Below, in pieces: positions 18,418-28,191 of a DNA stretch of 64,000 bases. Each line of letters begins with the position of its first letter. Position 1 is the stretch's first letter. The translations under genes and the position numbers were made by a program. The stretch covers positions 544,558 to 608,557 of the forward strand of contig JAVZZH010000001.1 in the NCBI GenBank assembly GCA_038885755.1. The letters run 5' to 3'. This DNA comes from Candidatus Caldarchaeum sp. Its GTDB lineage: Archaea > Thermoproteota > Nitrososphaeria_A > Caldarchaeales > Caldarchaeaceae. Below the pieces are notes generated by a model. It made no database searches. It was not told the DNA's origin and saw nothing but the letters and a program-made list of their open reading frames with translations.

Positions 18418-18798
18418 TCAACGCAATATAAGCCTAACTATCGGTTTGCCAGACCTAGAAACCGTCATGAACGGCAGGCCGGCGCTAGCGAGCCTTCTGA
18501 GCAGCCTCGAGTCAACGCTTATGACGGGGATCATGTGCTCCGCCGAATACTTCACAAGGGCTTCGTCGGCCGGGCCCCCAGCGTGGACAATCTCAGCCCC
18601 GGCCACGTACTCGGCCGCGACCTTGGCCAGCTTGGCTCTCCTCCCACGGCCGGAGGATATCCGCCTAACCTCTTCCAGCACGCTGTCGAGGACGACCAGC
18701 TGTATGACGTCGCCGACTTTCTTCTCGAGAACGGACAAGTAGTTGCGTCCCCTTTCAGCGCAGACCATCAGAAAGCTTGTGTCAACCAGAGCCTTCAC
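18418..18798 (-). CDS. PIN-domain protein (Fcf1/Utp24-like)
   Basis: 'LVDTSFL', 'VLEEV', 'ADEAL' and 'SVD'; lies between aIF2-gamma and rpoE1. Confidence 0.8.
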   Translation of the reverse strand: MKALVDTSFLMVCAERGRNYLSVLEKKVGDVIQLVVLDSVLEEVRRISSGRGRRAKLAKVAAEYVAGAEIVHAGGPADEALVKYSAEHMIPVISVDSRLLRRLASAGLPFMTVSRSGKPIVRLILR

Positions 18799-20037
18799 CT
18801 AGCTCCCCACAACCTCCCCGTAGCCTATGAGCCTCCACCCTGTTCCGACTTTTCTCGAGATGGCTACCTTGCTGCCTACGTCGGCGGCCACCGGCCTCGT
18901 GAGCTGTAGCTCAACTACGTCGTGTCCCCTCTTCGTCACAACGCCGCTTGAAACGGCTGACATCACGTTCACAACCAGTACCTCCCTCTCAGATATCTGC
19001 TTGACGGCTACGTCTCCCTCAACCCCCAGAACTTTCTCGAACAATCGATATTCCAGAGACAGGCTGCTCCACACAGGCGGCAGAGTTCCGGCCTCACCGG
19101 CTATGTTGCCGACGAGCCCGTCCCCCTTACCCAGAGCAGGGTCGAGAGTTGTCTCGACACCCGTCAAACCACCCGGGTAGGCTTTCTCAACCTTCCTTCC
19201 ACCGGCCATCAGGCTCACCACGGTCGTGTGAACCGGTTCGTAGACTGTCTTCCCTTGCTTCGTCTTAGGAATCCCGGGAACAAGCTCGATCTCGTCGCCG
19301 ACCGAGAGGACGCCGTGAACTATCGAGCCTCCTATCACAGCTCCTTTTACAAGCTTGGCAGGCGTCCCGGGGACGTTGACGTCGAACGACCTTAGAACAG
19401 GCATCCTCACAGGCTTGGTTAGGTCTCGCAAAGGAGTAGGGATGACTTTCTCGATGGCGTAAAGCAGGGCCTCTATGCCGACAGAGTGCTGGCCTGAAAC
19501 AGGTATCACAGGAACATCTTCAAACCCAACCCTCCTTAAGTGGGCGGTTATCTCCCTGTAGTTCTCAATCGCCCTTTCACGGCTCACCAAGTCAATCTTG
19601 TTCTGAGCCACGAGCAGCTGCTTGATGCCCAGTATCTTGGCGGCTTGGAGATGCTCGCTGTCTTGGGGCTGTGGGAAGCTTTGACGGGCGTCTGCCACGA
19701 ACACGGCTCCGTCGAACAAAGCCGCGCCCGAAAGCATCGTGACCATGAGGGAATGGTGTCCGGGGCAGTCTATGAACGACACGACTCTGACAAACTCGTT
19801 CTCGACGCCGTGTAGAGGGCATTTTTTCGAGGGATGGTAGTTGTGGGGTTCGGGGCATCTCGGACACTTGTAGATGGCTGCGTCGGCGTATCCCAGCCTT
19901 ATCGTTATGCCTCGCTTCAACTCCTCGCTATGCCTTCCGGTCCAGACCCCTGTTATGCTCTGGACTACCGTGCTTTTCCCGTTGTCGACATGCCCCAACG
20001 TTCCTATGTTGACTTCAGGCTGTTTGGGGAAATCCAT
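18799..20037 (-). CDS. eif2g: Translation initiation factor aIF2 gamma
   Basis: 'QPEVNIGTLGHVDNGKST', 'RGITIRLGY', a Zn knuckle, 'DCPGH' and 'WRLIGYG'. Confidence 0.96.
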   Translation of the reverse strand: MDFPKQPEVNIGTLGHVDNGKSTVVQSITGVWTGRHSEELKRGITIRLGYADAAIYKCPRCPEPHNYHPSKKCPLHGVENEFVRVVSFIDCPGHHSLMVTMLSGAALFDGAVFVADARQSFPQPQDSEHLQAAKILGIKQLLVAQNKIDLVSRERAIENYREITAHLRRVGFEDVPVIPVSGQHSVGIEALLYAIEKVIPTPLRDLTKPVRMPVLRSFDVNVPGTPAKLVKGAVIGGSIVHGVLSVGDEIELVPGIPKTKQGKTVYEPVHTTVVSLMAGGRKVEKAYPGGLTGVETTLDPALGKGDGLVGNIAGEAGTLPPVWSSLSLEYRLFEKVLGVEGDVAVKQISEREVLVVNVMSAVSSGVVTKRGHDVVELQLTRPVAADVGSKVAISRKVGTGWRLIGYGEVVGS

Positions 20038-20063
20038 CCCTGCATTTCCCTTGAATTAAGGAC

Positions 20064-20492
20064 CTAATGTGTTTTCTGTAGTTCTTCCGGGCTGAAGAAT
20101 ATGAAGCACTCTTGTTCGAAGGACTCTCTGCTGTCGGAGGCGTGGACGAGGTTGTCGGTTATTTCGAGGCCGTAGTCGCCTCTTACGGTTCCCGGCTCAG
20201 CCTTCACAGGGTCGGTTGCGCCGATGAGCTTCCTGACAACCTGCACAGCCTCACGACCCTCCAAGACGAGCAGGACGACGGGGCCGGAGGTGATAGCCTC
20301 AATCAGGCCTTCGAAGAAAGGCTTACCCCTGTGGACGTGGTAGAGCCTTTCAGCCTCAGCCTTCGAAATCCTCCAAAGCTTGAGACCCACGAGCCTCAAC
20401 CCTTTTCTCTCAAACCTCGAGACGATCTCGCCCACCAGGCCTCTCGACACAGCGCTTGGCTTCAGTATGACGAAAGTCTGCTCCAAACGCAC
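20064..20492 (-). CDS. ndk: Nucleoside diphosphate kinase
   Basis: Motifs 'ILKPSA', 'PGTVRGDY' and 'NLVHASDS'. Confidence 0.95.
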   Translation of the reverse strand: MRLEQTFVILKPSAVSRGLVGEIVSRFERKGLRLVGLKLWRISKAEAERLYHVHRGKPFFEGLIEAITSGPVVLLVLEGREAVQVVRKLIGATDPVKAEPGTVRGDYGLEITDNLVHASDSRESFEQECFIFFSPEELQKTH

Positions 20493-20496
20493 CGCC

Positions 20497-20673
20497 TCAG
20501 CCTGCCTTCCCCGTCCACTTGAGCTTCCGAGGGTCCTTGCCCTGCTTGACGTGGTAGACTCGGCAGCGTCTCGAACAGAACCATAGAAGAGTTCCGTCGT
20601 TTTTCACGTAGAGCATGCCACGGCCGTGGACGAACTCTCTGCTGCAGAAGGAGCATCTGTGAACAGTCGGCAT
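20497..20673 (-). CDS. rpl24e: 50S ribosomal protein L24e (not in ORF track)
   Basis: Translated by hand as a 58-aa ORF, MPTVHRCSFCSREFVHGRGMLYVKNDGTLLWFCSRRC...PRKLKWT. Confidence 0.95.
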   Translation of the reverse strand: MPTVHRCSFCSREFVHGRGMLYVKNDGTLLWFCSRRCRVYHVKQGKDPRKLKWTGKAG

Positions 20674-20680
20674 CTTCCTA

Positions 20681-20905
20681 TCACTTTATCTTCTCCGCTT
20701 CCCTCTCGACGTCCAACAGCATCAGTATGTCTCCTTCACGGACAGGGCCTTTGACGTTCCGTGAAATCACTCTGCCTTCGTCCTTGCCTTTGAGAATCCT
20801 AACCCTTACCTGCGTCACCTCTCCAGTGACTCCGGTCCTTCCGACCACTTGCTCGACCACGGCAGGCACAGGCTCCTCAACCTTCGGCTGAGGCTTCTGG
20901 CTCAT
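20681..20905 (-). CDS. rps28e: 30S ribosomal protein S28e
   Basis: Motifs '[12 protein letters not shown]' and '[11 protein letters not shown]'. Confidence 0.95.
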   Translation of the reverse strand: MSQKPQPKVEEPVPAVVEQVVGRTGVTGEVTQVRVRILKGKDEGRVISRNVKGPVREGDILMLLDVEREAEKIK

Positions 20906-21295
20906 TTAGCTTCCTCCCTTCTTGCCCGTCTTAATCTCCTGAATCTTCTTGGCTATTTCATCCAAGTATCCTTTCGCCTCGCCCGGGTCCGTTATCGCAA
21001 CGGAGCTGGCGGGAACACCCAGCCCCGCCACTTCCCCGAGCTGTGCTTTGGAGCCGACGAATGTGTAGGATATCTTCTTCTCTTCGCAGAGCGTCGGAAG
21101 GAACGCAACTATTTCGGGAGGGTCTACGTCCGTCGCAATCACGACGAACTTAGCCTGTCCCCTCTCGATGGACTTGATGACCTCGTTGACTCCTTTACGT
21201 ATCTTCCCGGAAGTCCTGGCCAGCCTCACGGCTTCGAGCGTCGCCTTAACAAGCTCCTCCGGTGGGTTGAAACTCTGGTAGTACGGATTGGGCAT
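20906..21295 (-). CDS. rpl7ae: 50S ribosomal protein L7Ae
   Basis: Motifs '[12 protein letters not shown]' and 'DVDPPEIV'. Confidence 0.96.
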   Translation of the reverse strand: MPNPYYQSFNPPEELVKATLEAVRLARTSGKIRKGVNEVIKSIERGQAKFVVIATDVDPPEIVAFLPTLCEEKKISYTFVGSKAQLGEVAGLGVPASSVAITDPGEAKGYLDEIAKKIQEIKTGKKGGS

Positions 21296-21310
21296 AAGCC
21301 TTCATCTCCC
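21285..21310 (-). promoter_or_regulatory. Candidate k-turn over the rpl7ae leader and start codon
   Basis: Minus strand reads GGGA-GAU-GA-A-GGC-UUAU-GCC-C-AA-UCC, i.e. C-stem, 3-nt bulge, G.A/A.A pairs and an NC hairpin containing the AUG. Confidence 0.5.
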
Positions 21311-21409
21311 TGTTCTGCGTCTAACCCCATTACTTAAATGTTGTTTGCAAAACCTATAAAGACCCGCGAGGCGCATCCCTAAATTTCCGTCAACGAGGTT
21401 GTTGTTTGG

Positions 21410-23119
21410 ATGGATGTTAAGAGGGCTGTCTTGAAGTGGGCTCTGAGGAACGCTGTCGAGCATGGAGGACGTGCTTCCGCATCGGCTGTGCTTGGAAAGG
21501 TTTTGGCTGAAGACCCTGCGCTCAAGGCTAGAGTTCATGAAGTCAGGAGAGTCGTGGAGGCGGTCGTCGAGGAGGTCAACGCCATGACGCTGGATGCGCA
21601 GCGGGCCGCTGTTGCAGAGTTCTCGCCGGAGGAGGTGGAGAAGAAGCAGGCGGAGGCGCGGGCTCTGCCTCCTCTGCCCAACGCCGTTCACGGAAAGGTA
21701 GTTACTAGGCTCCCCCCTGAACCCAGCGGCTACATGCATCTGGGCCACGCCTTGGCTGGCTTGATCAACGAATACTACGCGAGGAGGTATGGTGGGAAGC
21801 TGTGGCTGAGGTTTGAGGATACAAACCCGAGGAAGGTCAAGAAAGTTTACTACGATAGCTTCAGGAAGGGATACGCGTGGCTGGGAATAGTGTGGGACTT
21901 TGAGAAGAATAACTCGGACGACATGGAAGCTTACTATGATTATGGCCGCAGTCTTGTCGAAAGAGGGTTTCTGTATGCTTGTTTCTGCACGCCGGAGGAG
22001 ATGCATCGCCAGAGAGTTGGCATGGCTGGATGCGTCCACAGGTCCAATCGTCCGGAGGATAACCTAGAGGAGTGGAGCAGAGTGCTCGAAGGACGGTATA
22101 GGGAGGGTGAGGTTTCGTTCAGGCTTAAGGGGTTGCTGGACAGCCCTAACACGGCGATGAGAGACCCCGTCTTGTTCAGAATCGTCGACCACCCGCATCC
22201 GTTAACTGGCGGCGACTACCGTCTGTGGCCCACCTACGACTTTGCAGCAGCCGTCCAAGACGCGCTGTGCGGAATAACCCACGTGCTCCGCAGCAGCGAG
22301 TTTTCCTTCAGAGACGAGCTTCAAAACCACCTGAGAGGCCTACTAGGGTTGCCCAACCCCGTGTACGTGGAGTTTTCAAGGTTCGAGTTCAAGGGAGCGC
22401 CAACCTCCAAGAGAGTCATCAGAGACTTGATTGAGAGGAGGCTTGTCGAGGGATGGGACGACCCCCGGCTGTCCACGATCGATGCGGTACGCAGAAGAGG
22501 CCTCGTTCCTCAAGCGATAAGGGAGTTCATGATGACCTATGCTGGAATCAGCCAAGCTAAGAAAGAGTATGACTGGAGCCTGCTCTACAGCCTGAACCGT
22601 AAAATCATCGACCCGCATGCGAGAAGACTCTTCTTCGTCAAGAACCCTGTCAGACTCGTGCTCGAGAATTTTCAGGGCGCGAGCGTCGAGGTCCCCTACC
22701 ATCCCTCCTCCAGCCTAGGGTCGAGAGTTTTGGAGGCCGGCAGAGAATTATACATCTCAGGAGACGACGCGGCAGGGCTTTCGGTGGGTGATGTGTTCCG
22801 GTGCAAGCTTCTGGCTAACGTGAGGGTTGTCGAGGTTTCTGAGAACCGTGTGGTCGGCGAAGTGGTTGGAGACAGCCCTCAGCAGAAGAAGATTATCCAG
22901 TGGGTTCCTGAGGACGGTGTGGAGGTTGCTGTGTTCGTCCACGGTGTGCTTCTGAACGAGGACGGCTCGGTGAACCCCGAAAGCGTCAAAAGAGTCGACG
23001 GGCTGGGCGAGAAAGCTGTAGACAGCGTGAAGGTCGATGAAGTTGTTCAGTTCGAGAGGTTTGGGTTCTGCAGGCGGGACAAGGCTGACAAACCTGTTTT
23101 CATCTACTGCCACGACTAA
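21410..23119 (+). CDS. gltX: Glutamate--tRNA ligase (archaeal type)
   Basis: 'PPEPSGYMHLGH' (HIGH motif), 'LRFEDTNP', 'WPTYDF' and 'QFERFGF'. Confidence 0.95.
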   Translation: MDVKRAVLKWALRNAVEHGGRASASAVLGKVLAEDPALKARVHEVRRVVEAVVEEVNAMTLDAQRAAVAEFSPEEVEKKQAEARALPPLPNAVHGKVVTRLPPEPSGYMHLGHALAGLINEYYARRYGGKLWLRFEDTNPRKVKKVYYDSFRKGYAWLGIVWDFEKNNSDDMEAYYDYGRSLVERGFLYACFCTPEEMHRQRVGMAGCVHRSNRPEDNLEEWSRVLEGRYREGEVSFRLKGLLDSPNTAMRDPVLFRIVDHPHPLTGGDYRLWPTYDFAAAVQDALCGITHVLRSSEFSFRDELQNHLRGLLGLPNPVYVEFSRFEFKGAPTSKRVIRDLIERRLVEGWDDPRLSTIDAVRRRGLVPQAIREFMMTYAGISQAKKEYDWSLLYSLNRKIIDPHARRLFFVKNPVRLVLENFQGASVEVPYHPSSSLGSRVLEAGRELYISGDDAAGLSVGDVFRCKLLANVRVVEVSENRVVGEVVGDSPQQKKIIQWVPEDGVEVAVFVHGVLLNEDGSVNPESVKRVDGLGEKAVDSVKVDEVVQFERFGFCRRDKADKPVFIYCHD

Positions 23120-24170
23120 CCCGCTGACTCACCCACAGCTGGAGCGGGCCCATCAACACCTTCGGCGCGTTGGGCAACTCTCCCACCGACCCGCAGCCCG
23201 TCAGAAACATGGCTGTCTTTAACTCGGTGGAAAGCTGCCGGAGTTTTTTAACAACCTCGTCCGCAGACAGGGTCGCCGGCTTCAGCATCGGCCTGGCGAA
23301 CCCAGCCATAGAAGCCCCGAGCGCCAACGCCTTCGCCGCGTCGAGCCCGGTCCTCAAACCTCCTGAAGCTATCACAGGCTTGGTGGTGGAGCTCACAGCC
23401 TCTATCACCGAGGCGGCTGTAGGTATACCCCATTCGAGGAAGACTTCAGCCAACGCCCTCTTGTCCTCGGCGCTGGACTCCTCAGCCCTCAGCATCTCTA
23501 TCAACGTCCAGTTGGTGCCGCCTGACCCGGCTGCGTCGAAAGCGTCGACCCCAGCCTCGTCGCCCTTCATCACGACCTCCTTCGACAACCCGCATCCAAT
23601 CTCCTTGAGGATCACGGGGACGGATAGCTCTCGCTTGAGCAGCGATATCTTTTTGAAGAGGTCTTTGAACTTCGCTCCACCGTCCGGCTGCACCAGCTCC
23701 TGCAGCGGGTTTAGATGCACGGCTAGGGCGTCGGCGTCTATCATCTTGACGGCTTGGAAAGCCACCTCCACACCCCTCTCAACCAGCTGAACCGCGCCTA
23801 TGTTGCCTATCAAGAAAGCGTCCCGTCCCCTATCCCTTGCAACCCTGAACGTATAAGCCGTCTCAGGCTTCATTACGCCGGCCCTCTGACTGCCGACGCC
23901 CATAGGAACGCCGAAAACGGACGCCGCCTCGCCGAGGTTGCCGTTTATCTTCTCAGCCTCAGCCGTGCCACCGGTCATCGACTCTATTATGAATGGATGG
24001 CTGAATCTTCTGCCTAGGAAGTGTGTCTCTGTAGAGACATCTTCAGGGTCGAGCTCGGGAGATGCTTGATGGACAAGCTCGACGTACTCTAGCCATGTGG
24101 TCTTCTTGAACGAGACGTCTCTCTCAAGGCTTATCTTTATGTGGTCGCTCTTCCGGCTCTCTATGCTCAT
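23100..24170 (-). CDS. fni: Type 2 isopentenyl-diphosphate delta-isomerase
   Basis: Motifs 'RKSDHI', 'MTGG', 'GSQR', 'HLNPLQE', 'KEIGCG' and 'GGTNW'. Confidence 0.95.
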   Translation of the reverse strand: MSIESRKSDHIKISLERDVSFKKTTWLEYVELVHQASPELDPEDVSTETHFLGRRFSHPFIIESMTGGTAEAEKINGNLGEAASVFGVPMGVGSQRAGVMKPETAYTFRVARDRGRDAFLIGNIGAVQLVERGVEVAFQAVKMIDADALAVHLNPLQELVQPDGGAKFKDLFKKISLLKRELSVPVILKEIGCGLSKEVVMKGDEAGVDAFDAAGSGGTNWTLIEMLRAEESSAEDKRALAEVFLEWGIPTAASVIEAVSSTTKPVIASGGLRTGLDAAKALALGASMAGFARPMLKPATLSADEVVKKLRQLSTELKTAMFLTGCGSVGELPNAPKVLMGPLQLWVSQRVSRGSR

Positions 24171-24173
24171 CTC

Positions 24174-24980
24174 TCACTCAACCAAGGCCGTTCCCACAAC
24201 ATCCTCACCCTTGACAGCCGCCTCTATCCTCCCCTCAACCAGTCCGTTGACTATGAAGACCTTGACGCCGGCCTTCACAGCCTCGAAAGCCGCCTCAACC
24301 TTGTTGAACATGCCTCCAGTCACGTCATCCCCCTCCACTCCGCCGTAGAAAATAGATGCATGACGCCTGTAGTCCATCTTTGTTATCAACACTTTCTCAC
24401 CCGTGTTCCTGTCAACTTCGTAGACGCCGTCCACGTCTGTGGCGAAGACTATGCGGCTGGCTTTCAGGGCTTTCGCCAAGTAGACCGCTATGTCGTCTCC
24501 CGAGAGGATCGTGAACCTTGTCTCCCTGTCGAAGACTGCGTCTCCGCACGTGACGGGTATGATGCCGAGGTCGAGCGCTGAGAAGATAAGGTCCAGATGA
24601 GCTGTCTCGATGACGTTTTTTCGTGTTATGAAAAGCATCGAAGCCGGTATGCCGACGGCGCCAACGCCTGTCTGAATGAAGGCTTCAGCGACGAGGTGGT
24701 TGAGGGCCTTGACCGACTGAATCGTCTTGACAAACCCCTCGAGCTGGTTCTGCTCTTTGTAGCCCCGGTCCAGCTTGTATTTCTTCGCAATAGGATGGCC
24801 GTAGGAGCCGGCCCCGTGAACGACAGCCAGAGGCGTTGGCCAGCAACGAGCTACCTCCCGGCTGATCCTGTTCATCACGTCTTTCCTAAAGCTGCTCTCA
24901 TGCTTTTTATCGGTTATGACCGAGCCTCCGATCTTAAGAACAACCAGCCCTTTCAATCCTCGTCTCTTACTCCCGGGCAT
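24174..24980 (-). CDS. Isopentenyl phosphate kinase
   Basis: Motifs 'KIGGSVITDK', 'HGAGSYGH', 'SGDD' and 'DVTGGM'. Confidence 0.92.
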   Translation of the reverse strand: MPGSKRRGLKGLVVLKIGGSVITDKKHESSFRKDVMNRISREVARCWPTPLAVVHGAGSYGHPIAKKYKLDRGYKEQNQLEGFVKTIQSVKALNHLVAEAFIQTGVGAVGIPASMLFITRKNVIETAHLDLIFSALDLGIIPVTCGDAVFDRETRFTILSGDDIAVYLAKALKASRIVFATDVDGVYEVDRNTGEKVLITKMDYRRHASIFYGGVEGDDVTGGMFNKVEAAFEAVKAGVKVFIVNGLVEGRIEAAVKGEDVVGTALVE

Positions 24981-25921
24981 GAGGTTTTGACAACCCAGGC
25001 CCTCGGATAGGATGACAGAAGGCTGAGGACAGCTGCTTCCGTATTGCTTCCTCCGACAGCGACGACGCTGCCTCCCCCACCGGCTCCCGTAAGCTTTGCG
25101 CCGTAAACACCTGTCTTAAACAAGTCCTCGACGCACCTCTCTACGACTTCGTTCGACAACCCCAGCGTCCTGAGAAGAAAATGGTTTATCGTCATAAGCC
25201 TGCCCAATAACTCGAGGTTGTTCGATTTAAGCGCTTCAACACTCCGCACAAAAACCTCCCTGTAAAGGCTTGAAAGCTCGCCGAACTCCCGGGGATTCCC
25301 CCTAGCCAGCCTAACCACCTCGTCGACCATGTCGGAGGTCTTCCTCTTCAACCCTGTGAAGACCACGAGCAAATCGGGACTTGGGCTCAGCTGGAGTGGC
25401 TGGAATTTTCCAGGACCGTTGTACAGCAAAGTTCCGCCGTATGCAGCCGCATGGGGGTCTATGCCGGAAGGTCTTCCGTGGTATTCCTTCTCAGCGACCA
25501 TGGCGTATTCGACCAACTCATGCGTAGCGAGGTTGAGTTCAAACAGGTTGGACAGAGCTTTGGCGAGGGCGGTCGAGACCGCGGCCGAAGAGCCCAGACC
25601 GGCTCCTCCCGGAATATCAGAGTGTATCTCCGCCCTGAAACAGCCGCTGACTCCATGGTCCTCCATCATCTTGGAGGCCATCATGTACAGAGGCGTGAAG
25701 GAAGATGTTTTTGGGGGGTTTGGGTGGATGGGCTCTCCTTTCCGACTCCACGACGACCATGACTGGCGGGACCTGATGGTGGTCGTGTCGTCTTCACGGA
25801 TGACCTCCACCTTGGCACGGAGGTTGATGGCGGTTACGACCGCCGGATGGCCTGACACGACGAAATGCTCGCCGAAGAGTATGACCTTGCCGGGCGCCGA
25901 GGCCGCTGCCCTCTGCTTCAT
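24953..25921 (-). CDS. mvk: Mevalonate kinase
   Basis: Motifs 'APGKVILFGEH', 'GLGSSAA', 'PSGID' and 'KLTGAGGGG'. Confidence 0.95.
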   Translation of the reverse strand: MKQRAAASAPGKVILFGEHFVVSGHPAVVTAINLRAKVEVIREDDTTTIRSRQSWSSWSRKGEPIHPNPPKTSSFTPLYMMASKMMEDHGVSGCFRAEIHSDIPGGAGLGSSAAVSTALAKALSNLFELNLATHELVEYAMVAEKEYHGRPSGIDPHAAAYGGTLLYNGPGKFQPLQLSPSPDLLVVFTGLKRKTSDMVDEVVRLARGNPREFGELSSLYREVFVRSVEALKSNNLELLGRLMTINHFLLRTLGLSNEVVERCVEDLFKTGVYGAKLTGAGGGGSVVAVGGSNTEAAVLSLLSSYPRAWVVKTSCPGVRDED

Positions 25922-26772
25922 CCCCGGCCCAGCTCGATTAAGCAGGACGCATATCCCACGACAGAGTCGTAGTCGCCGCCGGCGTCGCCGCTGGTGGCTT
26001 GCTTCAACACCCTCGCCTCGACTCCTCCAAGCATCTTAGCCGCCGTCAACAAGGCGGCAACAGCTCCGTAGCCGCACATAGTTATGTCGTGTTTCTCAAT
26101 CACCCTGTACATACCCTCGACGTCGAGGCCCTTTATCTTATCGAGAGCTTTCCCGTCCTTCTCCAACACCCTTTCATGCGGCTCGTAGTGGGTGAAGTCC
26201 GTCGAAGCCACGATGAGCACGTTCCTGTCTCTAACAGCCTCGTAAACAGCACGCCCCACTTCGACGCATGTCTCGAGGCTCTGGTCGTTTATGCAAACAG
26301 GTACGAACTTGAAACTTCCGCAGACATACTGGAGAAACGGAACCTGTACCTCGATAGAGTGCTCCCGGGAATGGGACTCTTCGTCGAGGTAGAACAACTC
26401 TGACAAACTGGCCAGACGCTGGGCTAGTTCTTCATCTATCTCCACATCACCCAGCGGCGTCGTCCACACACCTCCCGGGTAGATTGAGACGACTGTTCCT
26501 ATCCCGTAGTGGTTGGGGCCGAGGATGATGACAGACTCGGGTTTGCTGTATTGTTTTATTGCGAGGAAGCCGTGAGCTGCGACGGGCCCTGAGTACATGT
26601 AGCCTGCATGGGGTGAGATGATGGCGGGAGCCCTCCCCACACCCCATCCCTCATCCGGCAAGGCCCTCGGCCCTAGAGGAGAGAGGAAGCATCCCTCGAT
26701 CTGCTTCAAAAGGTCTTCCCTTCTCCGGGCGTAGAAGGATCCTGCGACAGCTGGCTTGCGGCGGAGCAACAC
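25918..26772 (-). CDS. MEMO1 family protein (AmmeMemoRadiSam protein B)
   Basis: Motifs 'PAVAGSFY', 'PHAGYMYSG', 'EHSIEVQ', 'STDFTHY' and 'MCG'. Confidence 0.92.
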   Translation of the reverse strand: MLLRRKPAVAGSFYARRREDLLKQIEGCFLSPLGPRALPDEGWGVGRAPAIISPHAGYMYSGPVAAHGFLAIKQYSKPESVIILGPNHYGIGTVVSIYPGGVWTTPLGDVEIDEELAQRLASLSELFYLDEESHSREHSIEVQVPFLQYVCGSFKFVPVCINDQSLETCVEVGRAVYEAVRDRNVLIVASTDFTHYEPHERVLEKDGKALDKIKGLDVEGMYRVIEKHDITMCGYGAVAALLTAAKMLGGVEARVLKQATSGDAGGDYDSVVGYASCLIELGRG

Positions 26773-26775
26773 GCC

Positions 26776-28146
26776 TCACCGAGGAGTACGCATTCTCCTC
26801 AAGTACCTGCCCCTGCCCGGCTTCGAAACCAACCGACCATCCTCAACTATCATCTCGCCTCTGGAGAAGGTTGCTTCAACTCTGCAGCCTACCTCGACAT
26901 CCTCGTATATCGAGTGGTCTATTCTGCTGTGGAGGTTTTCCCTCGTGAGCTTGGTTTTCTTGCTCGGGTTTAGGATGTAGAAGTCGGCGTCGCTCCCAAC
27001 CATGACAACTCCTTTGCGGGGATAAAGGCCGTAGAGCTTGGCAGGGTTGATGGCCGTGGTCTCAACCATCCTGTCTATCCCTATTCTTCCCTTCGAAACG
27101 CCCTCTGAAAACAAAATCATGGCTATCACCTCTGTTCCAGCAACTCCTCCCGGAACGTCCACGAACCGGGTGTGTCTAAGTTTTTCATTGGAGTTGTAGC
27201 AGGCGTGGTCGCTTCCGACTGTCGAGATATAGCCCTTGGCCAGCGCTTCCCACAGCCCCTGACGGTCCTCCTCCCTCTTCAGGGGCGGCGACATGATGAA
27301 CTTAGCGCCGTCCTTTCTCCTGTAAGCCTCTTCGGTGAACATCAGGTAGTGAGGACAGGTCTCGGCGTGAATCCTCACGCCGGCTTTACGGGCCTCAGCT
27401 ATCTTCATCACGCCCAGCTTGGACGAGACATGAACAACTAGAGACTCGCATCCAGAGACCTGAGACATCAAGGCAATTCTTTCAACAGCCTCGGCTTCGA
27501 CGTAATCGGGCCTGCTCAGAGAGTGGTAGATCGGCTCGACCTTGCCCTCGGACAGAAACTCCTCAGCCAGATAGTTTATGATATGCTCGTTCTCGCAGTG
27601 CGACAGGACGAGCATGTTTTTTGCAGAGCAGAACCGCATCAGGCGAAGTATCGCGCCGTCGTCAAGCATCAGCCCTCTCCTGCTGTAGGCTGTGAATATC
27701 TTGACGCTGCATACTCCTTCAGCGAGTAGTTGCTCGAGTTCTTTCAGCCTCTCGGCCCCCGAGTCCACTACGATCATGTGGAGTCCGAAGTCAAGGTGGC
27801 TGCCTTTTTCAGCCTCGGCTTTTCTTTTGCTGAACTCCTCGACGTAGTTGCTGGTCTCGGGGGTTGCGAAGTCTATGATAGTCGTGACGCCTCCGCAGGC
27901 AGCTGCAGCCGTTCCCGATTCAAAGTCGTCGGCTGTGAATGTGTTTGCACCATACTTGAGGTTGAAGTGGACGTGTCCGTCGATGACTCCCGGCAGCAGC
28001 AGACCGCCCTTAGCATCGTAAACCTGCTCAGCTTTTTCATCCAAGTTCTTGGCTATCTTCACGACGACGCCGTCTTCAACCCCTACACATGCATCATAAA
28101 TTCCAGTCAAGTCGACAAGCTTGCAATTCCTAACCACGAGGTCCAT
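26776..28146 (-). CDS. Dihydropyrimidinase / D-hydantoinase (cyclic amidohydrolase)
   Basis: 'DGHVH', 'GGVTTIIDF', carboxylated-Lys segment 'SVKIF', 'HCEN', 'ETCPHYL' and 'GSDHA'. Confidence 0.85.
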   Translation of the reverse strand: MDLVVRNCKLVDLTGIYDACVGVEDGVVVKIAKNLDEKAEQVYDAKGGLLLPGVIDGHVHFNLKYGANTFTADDFESGTAAAACGGVTTIIDFATPETSNYVEEFSKRKAEAEKGSHLDFGLHMIVVDSGAERLKELEQLLAEGVCSVKIFTAYSRRGLMLDDGAILRLMRFCSAKNMLVLSHCENEHIINYLAEEFLSEGKVEPIYHSLSRPDYVEAEAVERIALMSQVSGCESLVVHVSSKLGVMKIAEARKAGVRIHAETCPHYLMFTEEAYRRKDGAKFIMSPPLKREEDRQGLWEALAKGYISTVGSDHACYNSNEKLRHTRFVDVPGGVAGTEVIAMILFSEGVSKGRIGIDRMVETTAINPAKLYGLYPRKGVVMVGSDADFYILNPSKKTKLTRENLHSRIDHSIYEDVEVGCRVEATFSRGEMIVEDGRLVSKPGRGRYLRRMRTPR

Positions 28147-28191
28147 CGCTCAAAAAACATAATAAAGCGGTAATATAATGGTGTTGCAGGC

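Noticed and set aside
18418-18798. PIN protein as a VapC toxin
   Set aside because: There is no antitoxin, and it occupies the conserved aIF2g-PIN-rpoE1 position of the Fcf1-like gene.
21302-22039. Long antisense or alternative-frame ORFs (e.g. 21302-22039, 25329-26039, 33548-34222, 7698-8321)
   Set aside because: These are shadow ORFs of well-supported genes with no recognisable motifs, as expected at this GC content.
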